Shown here: positions 24,501 through 37,310 of the stretch, in pieces
Layout of the letters: every line of letters starts with the position of its first letter
How positions within the stretch are numbered: the stretch's first letter is position 1
NCBI GenBank assembly: GCA_036172245.1
Contig: JAYWIR010000022.1
Coordinates: 1,736,001 to 1,800,000, forward strand
From: Raillietiella orientalis
Taxonomy: Eukaryota
Length of the DNA: 64,000 bases
Reading direction: 5' to 3'
Program-made: the position numbers and the translations under genes
The notes under the pieces: model-generated
What the model was told of the DNA's origin: nothing
The model's database searches: none
What the model saw: the letters and a program-made list of their open reading frames with translations, nothing else

Positions 24501-27500
24501 AATCGGGACTGGTTCGTTATCCAGACCGCCATGGAGACACGGTCAGAATGGTTCCACGCCGAGATTCTGTATGCCAGCGCTAAGGCCGCGAGGGCATCAT
24601 CCACGTGATGCCAGGCGCACGGCACGGAATCACTAGCTCATGAGCCATCCTCGCTTGCCGCACCTGAGCGGATACTCGTCCGCTGACCTTGTCTAGGAAG
24701 GATGTGGAGTGCCGATTTGGCGGGGCTGCTCGCGCGCGACAAGGTCATGCAGGTCGTGGTCCAGACGAAAGGCAGTGAAGTCTTGCCAAAGAACGAATTG
24801 CACAAAGCAAACCCCACAAGGGTTCCTCCAACTAGTGCCTGCTTTTGGTACTTGCATTGTTCCGAAAAATCTCAAAGCTACTTGTCTGCAGCGAGTCTTC
24901 ACAGCGAGGCTTCTCCCTGCACAACTGGAAGATGTCCTCTGTCAAATTACAGGCTGACGACCGATGTCCGTCGCGAACGCGGTCGTCGGGTCGCTTCCAA
25001 TTTCTGGACGGTGAGCCGACGAAGGATGACGAGGTCGCTATTCGTGCAGGAGCAGAGACATGCTGTTCTCGTCAGCAGCGTGAGCGTCATCCCGTTCCTT
25101 ATGAAAATTGGTTTTTGTCTCCAGGAACGTGTAGGACACGCCAATCCTACCTATGGTTCAGCGCGAACCGCATAGGCGGCGGTGGGCTCAACAAGGTCGA
25201 CGGGTGGCGCTGGAGCCACGGTTTCCGTTGGAAGCAAACGCAGTACGCAGCACGCGGCCGACGACGTATGGAAGACGTTCGACAGCGTTTACTGAGAACT
25301 TGCACTGGAGCTGCTGGCAGGTGTCTCGCCCACAGGGAACCAATCCACGTATCTAGGATCGATTCGAAACAGGTGCTCGTCAGCATCTACTTCGCCGAGT
25401 GCTCAGTGTGGGCGGCACCGGCACGCGGCTGAATCCGGCTTGCACACATCATCCTTCGCCCGATTCTCTTCAGCATATACTTCGGAGTGCTGCTGCAAAA
25501 ATGCAAGCGAAGGTTGGTGGACTTTTGCTTAAGCATCCCCGTTTCTCTTGGCCGTGCGCACCCACGCTGACGAGCAATGCACCCTTACGGAATCCGTCGA
25601 GGCCTTGTGCTGCTGGACGGTACCGGTGGCACATACGGCAGTGAACAGGCACAAGTCGGTGGTCGTCTTATCAGGAACGACCTGCGAGGGCGCAGAAGTC
25701 CTAGGAATTTTTTCGGTATGCCGACAGGCACCTCGCTGGAGGTCCCGAGAGAGCATCGGTGAACTCGCCCGCACAAGGGAGCCCACCTAAAATGAGGCGT
25801 GCAAGAGGCACTTCCCTTCTCAGCTGGGCATCCCCGTACCCTGATACGGACAACCGCTTGAATGGCCTTGAATGGCCTTTTCCCCTTCCTTGCCTCCCGC
25901 TTGTGTCTTTTCTTCCCTGAAGCGTCGGGTCATCCTTTGGACGTCCTCGCGGAAAGCGCACTTCCTGGTTAAAGAGCTTTGTCGCCCTGCCGAGATGAGG
26001 GTCTCGACTTTCTCACTATACCGTTAGCGTGGCGCCAGCTGCTGCTCGCCACACTGAAAAAAGAACTTCTCGAGAGACCTGGAGAGCTGCTGAAGCGCGT
26101 GGTGGATGGTGAAAGCCTCAGTTTCATCGTGCCCAGGAGTCCGGCTCTTCGGACGCCGTTGGGGTTTCTTCTGCGTAAACACGCCGATGTCCTGGTGGGC
26201 CACGTATGAATCTCCCACATGCCTGTCAACTCCAGCACCTGACTCCTGGAAACGCTGTCCACGCAGTCCCACCTGAAGCGCACCTCTCGCGATGTTCTGC
26301 ACACCGTCCTACACCTGGCTTGCTCGGGGTCTCCCGGTACGTGTCTGCTGCGGAGCTTGGCTTACTCACGCCTATCGAGAGGTTCACTGCCGTGGCGATC
26401 CCGAGCGATGGCAGTCCTTTGGCTCCATCCAGGAAGTGGAAAGAGCTCGGGATGCTCTGAAAGGACAGCAGCTACTGAACCGCAATCTTCCGTGTGAACT
26501 CGATCTGCTGCGTGTGCCGATGAGGAAAGGTCGTTGCTTGGTTTTGCATGAAATCATCGTGTCCGAAATGCTCCTGCAGGCAAGAACCCTGCCTCTGCGC
26601 TGGCAGCACAATTGCAGGGCCGCTGTTCCCCGTGGTGATTTCATGCAGTCTGAAGTACCTTGAAACGTCGGGAGAGCGGGTGGCCTCAGGCTGCATGCGA
26701 TGCCACATGCACAAATCCACCCTGCAGCTTGCTTTGCCACGCGTTTCCATGCGCAGAGCGTGGAGTCACACCTTCAGCTGTCACGTTGACCAGGCACGCC
26801 AGCCAGGCTATGGATCTGCGGAAGTGTTCTTCAAACAGGTAGGCTTCCGACAGCCTCAACGAAATGCCGCCGTCCATCCACTGTGGATTGAGAACGGCCA
26901 CGCTGCGTTGTCGTGCGCTGACGAGGAGCGTCAGAGCCCAGCAAGTCCGGTTGCAGCGTTTCTGCAGAGGGTGATGGATTGCTTTTCTCTCTGACCTCAC
27001 CCGATTCCAGCCGCGAGTTGCGACCTGACTCTGAAGTCTCTGGCGCAACGCCAATGTCCGTCCTCCAGGGGAAATCTTTCCTTCCTCTCTTCTTTGTTTT
27101 CCTTCTTCGCCGTCCACTCTGCCTGCTCGTCCCAACTCGAGAAAGTGGCGAATTCCCTTGGATTATTTCGGTCACAAGGGCTCGCATGCGTGATTCCCGA
27201 GTGATCGCTCTCTTCACCCCGTTACCAACAAGGAGATGCCATCTCTGCAAACCATCGCTTCCCTCAATACCCTTGAGGAATGCGAGACTTTCCATCCCCT
27301 TCTCGCTCACCTCCGTGCCCGCTCACTTCGCAAGCGAGAGAGCACGCTCCTCCGCCTACTCATGCGAAGGGATCTCAACTTTTGCAGCTGGCCGGTTGAT
27401 TGGCCCGAGGGCAGCACCGTACTCGAGGAAGGAAACCCAGTCGCCTCTTTGCTCGTTGAGGTCCTCGATGCCTCGCGCAGGCCGCGTGAAACGTCGCAAA

Positions 27501-27950
27501 GTAGCCCCGTGCGATGTACCTTTCTCGATGCGAGTGAACCGCCAGCAGCGGAAACCGAGTCACCATTCGAAATCCGAGAGTGCAATCGGGATGCAAGTCA
27601 TCTTAACAACTAAGGGAGAAAGGCCGGTAGCGTCACAACAGCAACTGCAGAGGAGGCAATCGAGCATTCGTTCGCAGAGGAGGCTGCCATCTTTTCGATA
27701 GGAGAGTCCGTGAAAGCCACGGAACAGGATGGAACCGGAGGACCTTGGATGGAACACGAAAGCGTGATGCAGGAGAAATTCAATCCCAAAATGACCATCG
27801 TCACTTTCTCCACGGTAACCTCAAGCTCAACGCGGTGAGTGACTGTGCGATCCACCGGCAAAAGATCAACTTTCATCTCATCAATGCGATCGTAGGGATC
27901 CCTCAGCCGTGCGAACAGCCTTCGATATTCCTCGCCTGAGCGGTAGGATC
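21541..27950 (-). pseudogene. Decayed, intron-containing Cys-loop ligand-gated chloride channel subunit (GlyR/GluCl-like)
   Basis: Motifs in canonical order on the minus strand: RLFARLRDPYDR..LLPV..VELEV (~27800-27930); GIEDLNEQ (~27460); WMD (~26875); LHEITTGN (26625-26648, cf. GlyR FHEITTDN); GRVL...S.T.ISC then TFP..TQQIEF (frameshifted Cys-loop); EVRFRW...V....LEL (~26230-26290); LSR...FFFQ; WIGSLW...PA (TM1, ~25330); GMTLTLLT (TM2); VPK...GVCFVQFV..DF (TM3, ~24800); DVISRIV (TM4 entry, 21631-21651). Confidence 0.62.
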
Positions 27951-28479
27951 CTACACGAAATGCTTGGCAAAATGGCGGCTTCCGTCCTGCTCTGCGTTGA
28001 ATTCGCTACTAACAAACCCGCCATCGGGTGGAAGTTTCAGCCATCCGGGAGAAACTGTTCTTCCCGTAAAAAAAGTAGTGCATCGATGTGTGATTCTGGT
28101 AAGAGGCGTCGTGACAGTGCGAGTGGAAGGAGTCTCCAAGACACTCAGTCGTATCCAGCTGAACGAACACTTGAAAGTGCCTTCGGAGCGAAATCATCCC
28201 ATCGTGCTCGTCACGGCCGGCGCCGGAGCGAAGGAAAATCGGCACGAGTGCGTTTGGTCCCGTGGCCGCCGAGAAGTGCATTCAAAAACAAACATCCATC
28301 CATGCAACTGGAAACTTCGTTACCCGTAAACAAAGACCACAACAAAATAAGTTCAACGGAACAAACGCCGGCACGGAGTGCGGGTTTTCATGCAAGCGCA
28401 GAGTAGGAGGGAGGGAGCCATAACTAAAGAAGAGCTATGAAAAGTCTTTGGTTCCAGAAACCGCTTCATGAGGAGCGTT

Positions 28480-30882
28480 GGCTCTGCTTAGCGGTAGAGT
28501 ACTCGGGAGACATCCTGCTAGACACCAGGCAGCTTGCAACCGTCGTGTGACCACCCTTAACTACGTTCGAAGCTCCAGCACGTAACGGCTGGTCACGACG
28601 ACTTGGATGCAAGAGGCGCCTGCGGAAAGTCCTCCTTGAATGGAGGAACCCCGCGGCAAGTTCATTGCGGTGTTCTCCGGCTAGTGGAGGACGACGATGG
28701 AGAGTTGTTTAATTTAGGTCTTCTAACGGAATCCCTCGAGGACAGCGCAGTGAACGGCGGACCGTGAACAGATGGAGGATGCAACACTCCCAGAAGCCAG
28801 GTGTCTGAGCCCATTACTCGCCAAACCTAAGTGCAGCTTTGCTGTTTCTACCGGAAAAGGAAGCACCGCAGTGTTTGCACTCAAGGGAGAGACATCCCTG
28901 CTCCCTCGAGGGACAAGCAAAGCAGGACGCTCCATCGAAAGGAGTTCCTCGTCCCACGAACGAGTGACCGCATTCGAATACTCGCCCGCCTTTCAGACTT
29001 CGAGGAGTTTCTTCACTCATGCAATTTTGCTGCTCACCTCTCACGCAACCGGCTGGCTGCATTCAAATTTTTCAATTTGGATTGAACAGCGCCGGGACTG
29101 AGCATGTACGGATATCCGGGACCGCTGCGTCCACACCTGCCGGACATCTCGCATGGGTCCGAACACGAATTTCCGCACTTCAAGGGTTCCCTCCGGCAGC
29201 AGCTAGAGAGTAGCAACCCAGCATGTCCACGCTTCCTGCCGCCAGACGTTCCGGTTTCTAGTGCAATGAAATATCCAAGAGTGGTTTTCTCGGAGAAAAG
29301 GCAATCAGTTTCCTCAGGAGAAGAGAGAATCCTTGCATCCAGTGTCGACCGCGCGAAATCGACGTGAAAAATCCTTCTTAACCGCCGCATCTCGTGGGGG
29401 AGGCGTGCTGGCACACACAGAAGGGAGATCCGCCATCTGACAGAATACCAGTGAGGGGAAACGCGCTTGAAGTCGGCTTTTCGGGATAGTCAGGACGCAC
29501 AAGATGGCGCACTGGTCGTTGGCTGCCTCTCGGAAACGGAAACGATTTTTCCTACTGTAGAACGCAGAATCTGGAAGATCTCGAGCCTTTCCTCCCGAGT
29601 GGATTTAACCATCAGGAGCCTCAAGTTGCCCAAAGAGAGTACCAGCGCAGACGTTCACGGGCAGGAGCTCGTCAGTTGGGCTAGCTTCCTCCCATGCGTC
29701 CTCAGCACCAACTCCTAGAAGATGCTGAACGGCAGGGAGTTGGAACTGCCGCCCGGCCTGATGCTTGAGCGCAAGTAACCGCTCACGCTGCGACTGCTCG
29801 AAACCTCAATTTATGCTTGCGTTGCTCCGGCAGGGATGCTAGTTGACGAAGAGAACGTAAGTCCACTGAGACGTGCACAGTTCTCAAGAAGGAGTTCGTG
29901 GGTAGCCGCAGCGGTCTGCTGTGTGCAGGTCCACCGCGACCACCAAGGCTTCCGAAGTTTGCTCATGCTCGGTTGCAGTGGACATTGGATCATTCCTATC
30001 CGCAAGGTAACGCGATTTTGCAGAGTAAACTAGGACCTTTTAGAAGGAAGGTTTGCAGCCATGCACCGTTTTGGGCGAGCACAAGTCCAATGCGGGCATA
30101 TCGAGGACACTCTTGGATCCTTCATAGCAGCTTCAGCGTGCAAGTTCTCCTGGTGCACAAACGTGGGAACGATGCGCTCATCTCCTGCCTTTCTCTTCAG
30201 TGTCCCTTTTCGTTCTTACTATTCTGGAAACAGGATGTTCTGCTGTTTCTGCACTGGGAGTTCCAGCGCAATCGACTCAAACACCTGGTTTCAGGGGGAG
30301 CTGCCTCCCCGAGGTGTCTACAGTGCGGGGCGATTCCATCGCCCCGCAACTTTTCTTGAACTCCAGATCCGTGCAGAACCTGTGGCTAAGGTTCTCTTCG
30401 GCCCTCCGTCAGCCGCAGGACACCACCACGGCCCTGCTGCGGAGCATCTTCTGGTGACTGGTGACGCACTGGAGAAGGGCACTGGATCCCGACAATTTAT
30501 TTCATTTGTGCCATGGTGACAGCTCGCCGTGTCTTCGTAGCAACTTCGCGGCGAAGAGAGACCACCAGCATGTCAGGAGTCCTCACGAGCGCAGCGGTGA
30601 GGTGACATCATTTGCCAGAAGTCTCAAGGGAAATTGCCAGCATCCACAGCTGCTTCCAAAAATCAAGGAATGTTACATACCAAAGACCTTTTTCTCCTCC
30701 CATGCATCTTTTTTTATATGTTTTCTCCTTCCGTTCTCTACTTTCCGTAAGCCGCGTGATCATTCCCGATGAACTTCTTTTTTGTTGGCTTTTCTTGTTG
30801 ATTGGGAGAAGTACATTTTCTCTCAAGCTTGTGGTTTGTTTTGGTTTTTCAAAATAAACATCCCAGCGTGGCAGGGTTAAAA
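28480..30882 (+). mobile_element. Degenerate Tx1-like element (ORF2 relic, 3' UTR and terminal stem-loop)
   Basis: RGKFIAV...RVV endonuclease relic (~28650-28725); IRSLKLP....SADV (~29610-29655); LHWEFQRN...SPRCLQCG zinc-finger region (~30250-30330); T-rich UTR; AATAAACATCCCAGCGTGGCAGGGTTAAAA at 30853-30882. Confidence 0.65.
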
Positions 30883-30889
30883 CCTCAGT

Positions 30890-31455
30890 GTCGCGGCAAT
30901 ACCTTCTCGCGAACCGCTGGTAGATCTTCTGCTGGATTGGACGAATGGTCCCGGATAGTCGTCACAACCTTTTCTGCAGCGCTGTCTGCCCTCCGGGCAC
31001 TACATGATAGCATCCGACCGGCAGTGTGCGACTTCTCGTGCTGCATTGAAAGTGTCGAGAACTCCTCAACCGCTGCAAGACGAGCGTGTTGGTAGACGAC
31101 GCCATTCCTCGTTTCCGGGCAAAGTCCTTCGGAGGAGTGATTTGCTCGGAGTGCCTCCGAAGAACTCGTGGTCCGTTCCCTGTGTGTGGACACCTCTGTG
31201 TTTCCGCTTCAGTGGAAGAGGATGTTCTGCTGTTCTCCACTGGGGGTTCCAGTGCAATCAACGAAGACAGCTACTTTACGAGAAAATTGCCTCCCCGAAC
31301 TGTCTTGGGTGCGAGGCGATGGAATCGTTTCCGCACCTCCTGTTGGACTTCCGTGTACAGGAGGACTTATTGCAAAGACTCCCTCCGGCACTCCGTCAGC
31401 GGAAGGAAACCGATTTCAACGACGCTTCTGCACCGACGGCTGGATGAAGACGGTT
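30890..31455 (+). mobile_element. Tx1-like ORF2 C-terminal fragment
   Basis: VLHWGFQCNQRR...SPNCLGCEAMESFPHLLLD. The DNA is visibly similar to 30233-30360 and 32940-33125. Confidence 0.7.
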
Positions 31456-31459
31456 GCTG

Positions 31460-31860
31460 TTTCTCCCCCGGGTGCGTCGGGGCGTTTATTGCTAAACTAT
31501 CTAGGAACAGAGTTCCCGGACAAAGGATACAGTGGAAACGAAGGGGCGAATCCCGACACGCAGGCCGGTAAACCGAAGGTCTGTAACTGGAGGGAGGGGA
31601 CCACAAACACACATATAAAAAATAGGAATAAAGATACGGGGGGGAGAGGGGACAGTAATCGTTGGTTTGGGCGGTTTCTTTCCTTCAGAACCGGTTTTGG
31701 ATGCCGGTGATCTGGCTCCTCACGTTCTCTGGAACATGGGCCACTCGGCAGCCGACGTCCTGTTCTCGTCGGCTATTCCGGTGGTCTTTTTTTGTGGAGA
31801 AGGCATCTCTTGTAACGAAGGGTCACTACGCCCTTGGAACTTATAGCTCATTTTTTTTCT
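31460..31860 (-). mobile_element. 3' end (UTR and terminal stem-loop) of a Tx1-like element in opposite orientation
   Basis: The reverse complement of 31460-31490 is AATAAACGCCCCGACGCACCCGGGGGAGAAA. It is preceded by a pyrimidine/T-rich UTR like those at 40180-40260 and 61835-61935. Confidence 0.6.
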
Positions 31861-31874
31861 AATTAACGTTGCAG

Positions 31875-33763
31875 CATGAGCTGGTGCAAATCTCCTCAGC
31901 ACCGAGATGACGAGCACCAGACTAGCGAGGTCTGCCTCCAAGCCCTGAAGGGACTCCTCGCAAAGGCCATCCTCAATCAGTTCTTTCGTCTTTCGATACC
32001 GGTGATGCCAGAGGAAACTTCACCCCACGTGAGGAACTCGTCGAGGCGTAAGCATTTCTCCTCGTCGACGGCGATGGCAACCTCCGGCATGATCAGCTCC
32101 GCAAGGCTGCTTTCAGTCGGTACGTCTGCGAGGAGTAGTGGGACATTACAACGCTACTTGCGTCGGATGGATCGTACCTCGTTGACCCGCGATCTTTCCC
32201 ACAGAGAGCAGCTCTCGTTTGAAAGCAGGCGGTCATTGAAATCTTTCAAGGAGATGCACCGCTCTGGAGCTGGGTATGCGAGCCATTGGCTATCGAAGGC
32301 GTTGGAGAATTTCATTCTTCCGACATGTCGATGAAGGTGTCTCGACCGGCCGGATGGATCGATCGAATTAGAGCAAGCCGTCCGATCGAATGATTGCAGG
32401 ATGGCCGACATGTGCCTCCTCGTCGAAGGCTAGACCGTGCAGCGCTCTCACCTTCCTGCGATGGACCAGGAACGCGACTCTGAACGCGAATTTGTTCAGA
32501 GAATCGCCGTCATCGTAGCGTTCCTCGTGTTTGTTTCTCGATTTCGCCGACCTTCTGAAGCAATCCGCCTCCTTTCCCGAAGTACATCTGTGGATCTGCT
32601 GTCGGCCTCTGCGGTTCGCTGCTGGGCGACACAGACCATGGTTTCCTGGGTTACGTTCCCAGGAATGAATGCAGAGGAACATCGCCTCCTGCGACTCCTC
32701 CTGAGTCACCCTTTGGTGGACTTTCCGATGGACGCTGACCGCATCGCTTGCCGTTGCGCCTTCCGCCCTCAGGGCAAACGATGAAAGTAGCCCACCGGCG
32801 TGGTGGGAGTTTTCCTGCACCATCGCTGGAAAAACAAAACCCCTCCATGCCTGGAAGACTCCTTAGTTGGTAGATGCTGTAACTCTCCGTTATGTGACGA
32901 CGGGACTGCTTCGGTGGGTCGAACTTTTCAATGTTGTCCCTCAAGAACTCGTGGTCCCTTTCCATCCTTTAAATGGTTCGGTGTTTCCACTCGTACTGCT
33001 CTGTCTTCATTGGAAATTTCAATGTAACGAGCCACGGAACCAAGTTCCGCAGTTGATGCATCCGCGATCTGTGCAAGTGAGCGTCGATGGAATCGATTCT
33101 GCGCCTGCTCTTGGACTGCTGTCAGCTCCATGAACTGTGGTGGAGGCTAGCAATGGCACTCTTTCACCAGGAGGACGCCGCCCGAGTCGTGATGCGGCCG
33201 ATGTTCGCGCCCAGAGGACTGTCGACTGGAGCGGTGATGGCAACCATGTGTTGCATCCGCTCCATCATCAAGGCCCGACTGTGGTGGAGACTATCGCGTA
33301 GAGAAAAGAGGTCACCACGATGACAGCTGCCTACATGAGAGCGGGTGCAAGGTTGCCTTACCTGGAAAAGGATGCGAAGGAGATCACCGTCATCTTTTCC
33401 TCTTTGATGTACAGTTATCAGCGACGGACCCGGAGACCTCTATTCCCATCCTTCCATTATTATTTTTTTCTCATTCCTCATCCCCATTCGCTTCTTAAGT
33501 TTCCCGGTACTTTTTGTATTCATACCGTTGCGCACGCAGCGAACACAAGGATCTCTGCTCCCAACCATCCAATGTTATCGATTTTCAGTTTTTCTTTGTT
33601 TTTTTTTGTCTTCTTGGCCCACACCTGTTCTGGACATTCTGCTGTCTCGACCTACCTGTCGGTGGATGCGTCCCTTGAACTTCTGTTTTCCACGGTGGGG
33701 AACTGGATTCCCAACCGGTTTATTTTTCATAAAATAAACGCCCAGGCGTGAACGGATGAGAAA
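31875..33763 (+). mobile_element. Degenerate Tx1-like element (RT relic, zinc finger, 3' UTR, terminal motif)
   Basis: LVDGDGNL (~32060); AMDQERDSER (~32460, cf. LDQEKAFDRV); LHWKFQCNE...MESILRLLLDC.QL.ELWW (~33005-33145); AATAAACGCCCAGGCGTGAACGGATGAGAAA at 33733-33763. Confidence 0.72.
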
Positions 33764-33999
33764 TTTCCTTCAAGGATTGCTCCAGGATCTATAGTTACAG
33801 CAAGCGCTCGTTCAGCCAGCTCCCGGTTTCCCGTAGCAATACCGATCGTATCGGCTTCCTGTGGAGCACCACAGCAATGCGAATTTGGGGACAGTCATCC
33901 GAGGGCAGTGCCAAGAAAGAGCATCGATTTGTCCTGGTAGCTCTGCCTGTTGTCCGGTGCTCCCTTTACTTTGCTTATTCGCCTCCACCGCGAGCAGAC

Positions 34000-35690
34000 G
34001 AGGGAACACTTGGTGCAAACTTTCCCTTGTCGCTCTTGGATGCGGCAAGTGCAACAACCGACGTGGACAGAAGCAACCAAAGGTGGTTGTTATCCTCGAA
34101 TCGCAAATGGACGCTCTTTCAACTTGCCGTTCGCTGCTTTGGCTGTCGAATCTATAAGCGCAGCAGCGCCCACGCTTTCTCAACGAACTTTCTCCGAAGA
34201 TAGACTTTCCGTAATCTCGAAGTACAGCAGTTGACCTGATGAATCGATTTTCTCGTCTCGTGAGTGGTGCCCTCCAGACGGCCAGTTCGGGATACAGCGC
34301 TGTCTCATTCACAGACTAAAATGAGAAAGAGTAAATCTATCTGTTCCAAAGCACTCGTTGTTGCCGAATGTTCTTGCAGACGCAACCTCGTCCTCGAAGA
34401 AAGGCACATCCAGGTTCTTCGGGCTCACGGAAAAGATCGCGTCATCTTCAAACGTTGCTCATGGGTGATGATGTATCTGCCATCGTGTCGTCGTAAGTTC
34501 GGCTGCAGGCGAATAAGCTTTCTATTGCTGGTGACTGAAGGGGAAGTCGGTGACCATCGACTACGCTGCAGTGGGCTAAACGAAACGTCGATGCGTCAGC
34601 GACAGAACCCCGATAAACGAGTCCACAGCTTGCGAGCAGTGTGGCTGCCGCTTCGTGTCCGCGGATTTGCTTGAAAACTTCGTTCCCTTGGAGTTCACGA
34701 TTGACCTGGGCAACAGAAAGTGCAGTGAGCACTTGCTGTTGCTCTCCTCATGAAGCGCTTCGAGGAGTCTTTTCTTCGACTCTTCAACGTGAGATGCGAA
34801 TTGCCTGATTCTCCTGAATGAAAGATCACGGTCACGATACCAATTCACCTGTGTACATCTCTGTCTTTTCCAAAGTGCGGAGCTCTTTGGTAAAAATGAG
34901 GGATAGCCGTCCTCTCCGTCCGCAAAAATTCTGCTCCTAGTCCATTCTTGCAAGCCACGCAGACCATTTCTCGGTTATCCTCTTCACCTCCTTGAGATGG
35001 ATCAAGATTATGATACAATTTAACCGATACTTTTTAAGTAAGACGTCATAGTTGTCCAGAAAGCAAGTTCTCTCTCATCCATTTATGTTATCCCTTTCGT
35101 TTTTGTCGAAGGGATTTTATTGCGTGGCTGCTCCACTCGCATTCCACAGTGTGCACTTCTCTACCCTAATCTATCTCCGTCTAAGGACTTGCAAAATCCG
35201 TGTTTCAGGAATTCCATCGTAAGAGATCGGAAAACTCGAGGATGCAACTACGATCTTTTTCCATAGCAACTGTTGGTCTTCAAGGCATGATTACCAAATG
35301 CAGTTCCACTTTGCAGCGATCACTGGACAAATGGGCGGCGAAGGACCACGCGAAAGCATAGAACAATAGGCCACGCAATCTATGGATCCGTCATTTTTGA
35401 ATGATCAAAGTGACTGCCAGAATGAATGAAAAGTTGGCTCCGCAAAGTGTGGCGAAATCAAAACGAAATAATTCTCGACAGTGCCGGTAGAGGACACGGT
35501 GTTGATAAGATGGAAAGCTAAAACGTTCCATGGAACTGCGCAAACCTGAAAATTGCTGATGCACTTTTCTTCCTGAAATGCTTGCAACCTTTTCTATGAA
35601 ACGTTTGGCTCTTTGAAACTTCGATGTTCTCTTTAAAGAGGTGATGTACACGACCGTAATTCGGAAACCTTCCGATTCCACCACCGCGTG
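34000..35690 (-). pseudogene. Possible decayed glutaredoxin-domain cysteine-rich protein (GRXCR-like)
   Basis: Motifs in order: ESEG...VVYITSL (35634-35654), ER....YQ, RIFADGE (~34925), LEALHEES, REL...FKQI, C...DGHRLP (~34540-34570) and CTC...E.QG..CTKC (34006-34053). Each match is weak but the order fits the family. Confidence 0.42.
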
Positions 35691-37240
35691 AAGCTTGCTG
35701 GGAAGTCACTTTCGGAAAAGCTCTTTCACTCTGTTTTAGGAAAGAGCACCTTTGTCGTTGGAGTCCCTTCAGCACCCTCGAGAAGCACTGCCGAACATCG
35801 GAGGAACATCGGAAGAATGAATACTTCTGAAACCCCACCTGCTCATCAGGCATGTCCGGACATCTATCGTTGCCATGGAAGATCATTGTGCTGAGACGAA
35901 GCTTCCATTATTCTACACGAGATGCTGAATAGGAAAATTTCTGCGAATTCATTTATCCAGTCAAACTTCACCTCGTTCCTTCCACATCCCTCAAACAGAG
36001 TCACAACTCTTCGAGATGCAAATTGACGGCTCGAAGACGGATGGCTGGAACTTTTATCGAATCTACTCCGGAGCTCCGTGGCTCAACACAAATAGTTGTG
36101 AAAGTAATTTCGAAGAGGTAGGCAATACGTGCTTTCATCTCCAGGCATGCTAAACCCTAAAAATCTCCCATCACTAATGATATACTCTTAAGGAAACACT
36201 CATGGGATTCGGATGTACCTCGCATAGAGCCGGTAAGGATTGATCTCAAAGTATGGAAACTCCCTAAAAGTTGGAATGAGTATGCAAAGAAACCAGATAA
36301 TCACGCAATAGCCATTGGTTACTCGATTCGCTCTTTGCCTTCGAACCGTGAATGATCTTTCGGAACACACTGTCATGGGTGGCATGGAGCACTCGAGAGT
36401 GTCGATATTTTCCGTTTCGTCGCATGCATCCCGCAGCCACCACCTATTAATTCTTCCCGCTTTTTCCGGAAGCGGAAACCCTTCGTTGGCGTCCATTGGA
36501 ACCTGAACTGCGAAGCCCCACTGACTTCCCTGAAAGCGAGAAGCTTGCATGCCTGCATGCTGAAGAGCGGAATGCTGTCGTTATCAGCTTTGAGCTCGTC
36601 TTGCGAGACTCGTAGTTGTTTACCAGAGCCGAACGAAGATCCGCTGCAAGTGGTCGTCGCCCAAGAAAGGGTATCCTAGGATTGAATCATCGATGTGTTC
36701 TCTCAACAGCATAGCGCGTGTGGAAGCTGAAGTCACTGAGCCGTCCTCCCTGACGACTCTCGGTAGGCAAAAGTGTCCAGAGTCTGTTCTCTCTCTCCCT
36801 GACACTTTCTTACTGTGAACTCTGATTGGAATTTCCCGGTAGAGTCCATCATTCTTCCAATCGTTTTTCGAACGTTCCCGGATGTTGCCATCAACTACTC
36901 TGCAATCGGAAGTGGTGAAAATGCCGGATGCTCGCAGATGTGCGTTTTTCTCTGATCACCCGTACACCAAGTTTAACAGCATTGCCTTTCTGCCCTTCCC
37001 TTTGATCCCAAAACGATCCCAATTTTCACATGCTGCGCTGTGTGAATTACGTTTCTTAATGCAAGGATGCTAATCGACACTCCTACCACGAATTCCCCAT
37101 TCCATTTGGAGACTCAGGGAATACCTGGATGGTTTCTTGTTATCCCCACAGAAAAACTATCCAATTCTTCCATACGTGGAAGAAGAAATTTGTTTCCTCG
37201 GCTCCTCGACGTGTCTTCCGGAAGAAATTCCGCGAAAACC

Positions 37241-37310
37241 AAAGGGAGGAGGAAGGAGGAGGAAGGAATGGGGCGGAAAGGAGGAAGGAAGGGGAAAATG
37301 GAGGGGAAAG
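37241..37310. repeat. Purine-rich (GGA/GAA) low-complexity tract
   Basis: About 70 nt composed almost entirely of G and A on the + strand. Confidence 0.7.
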
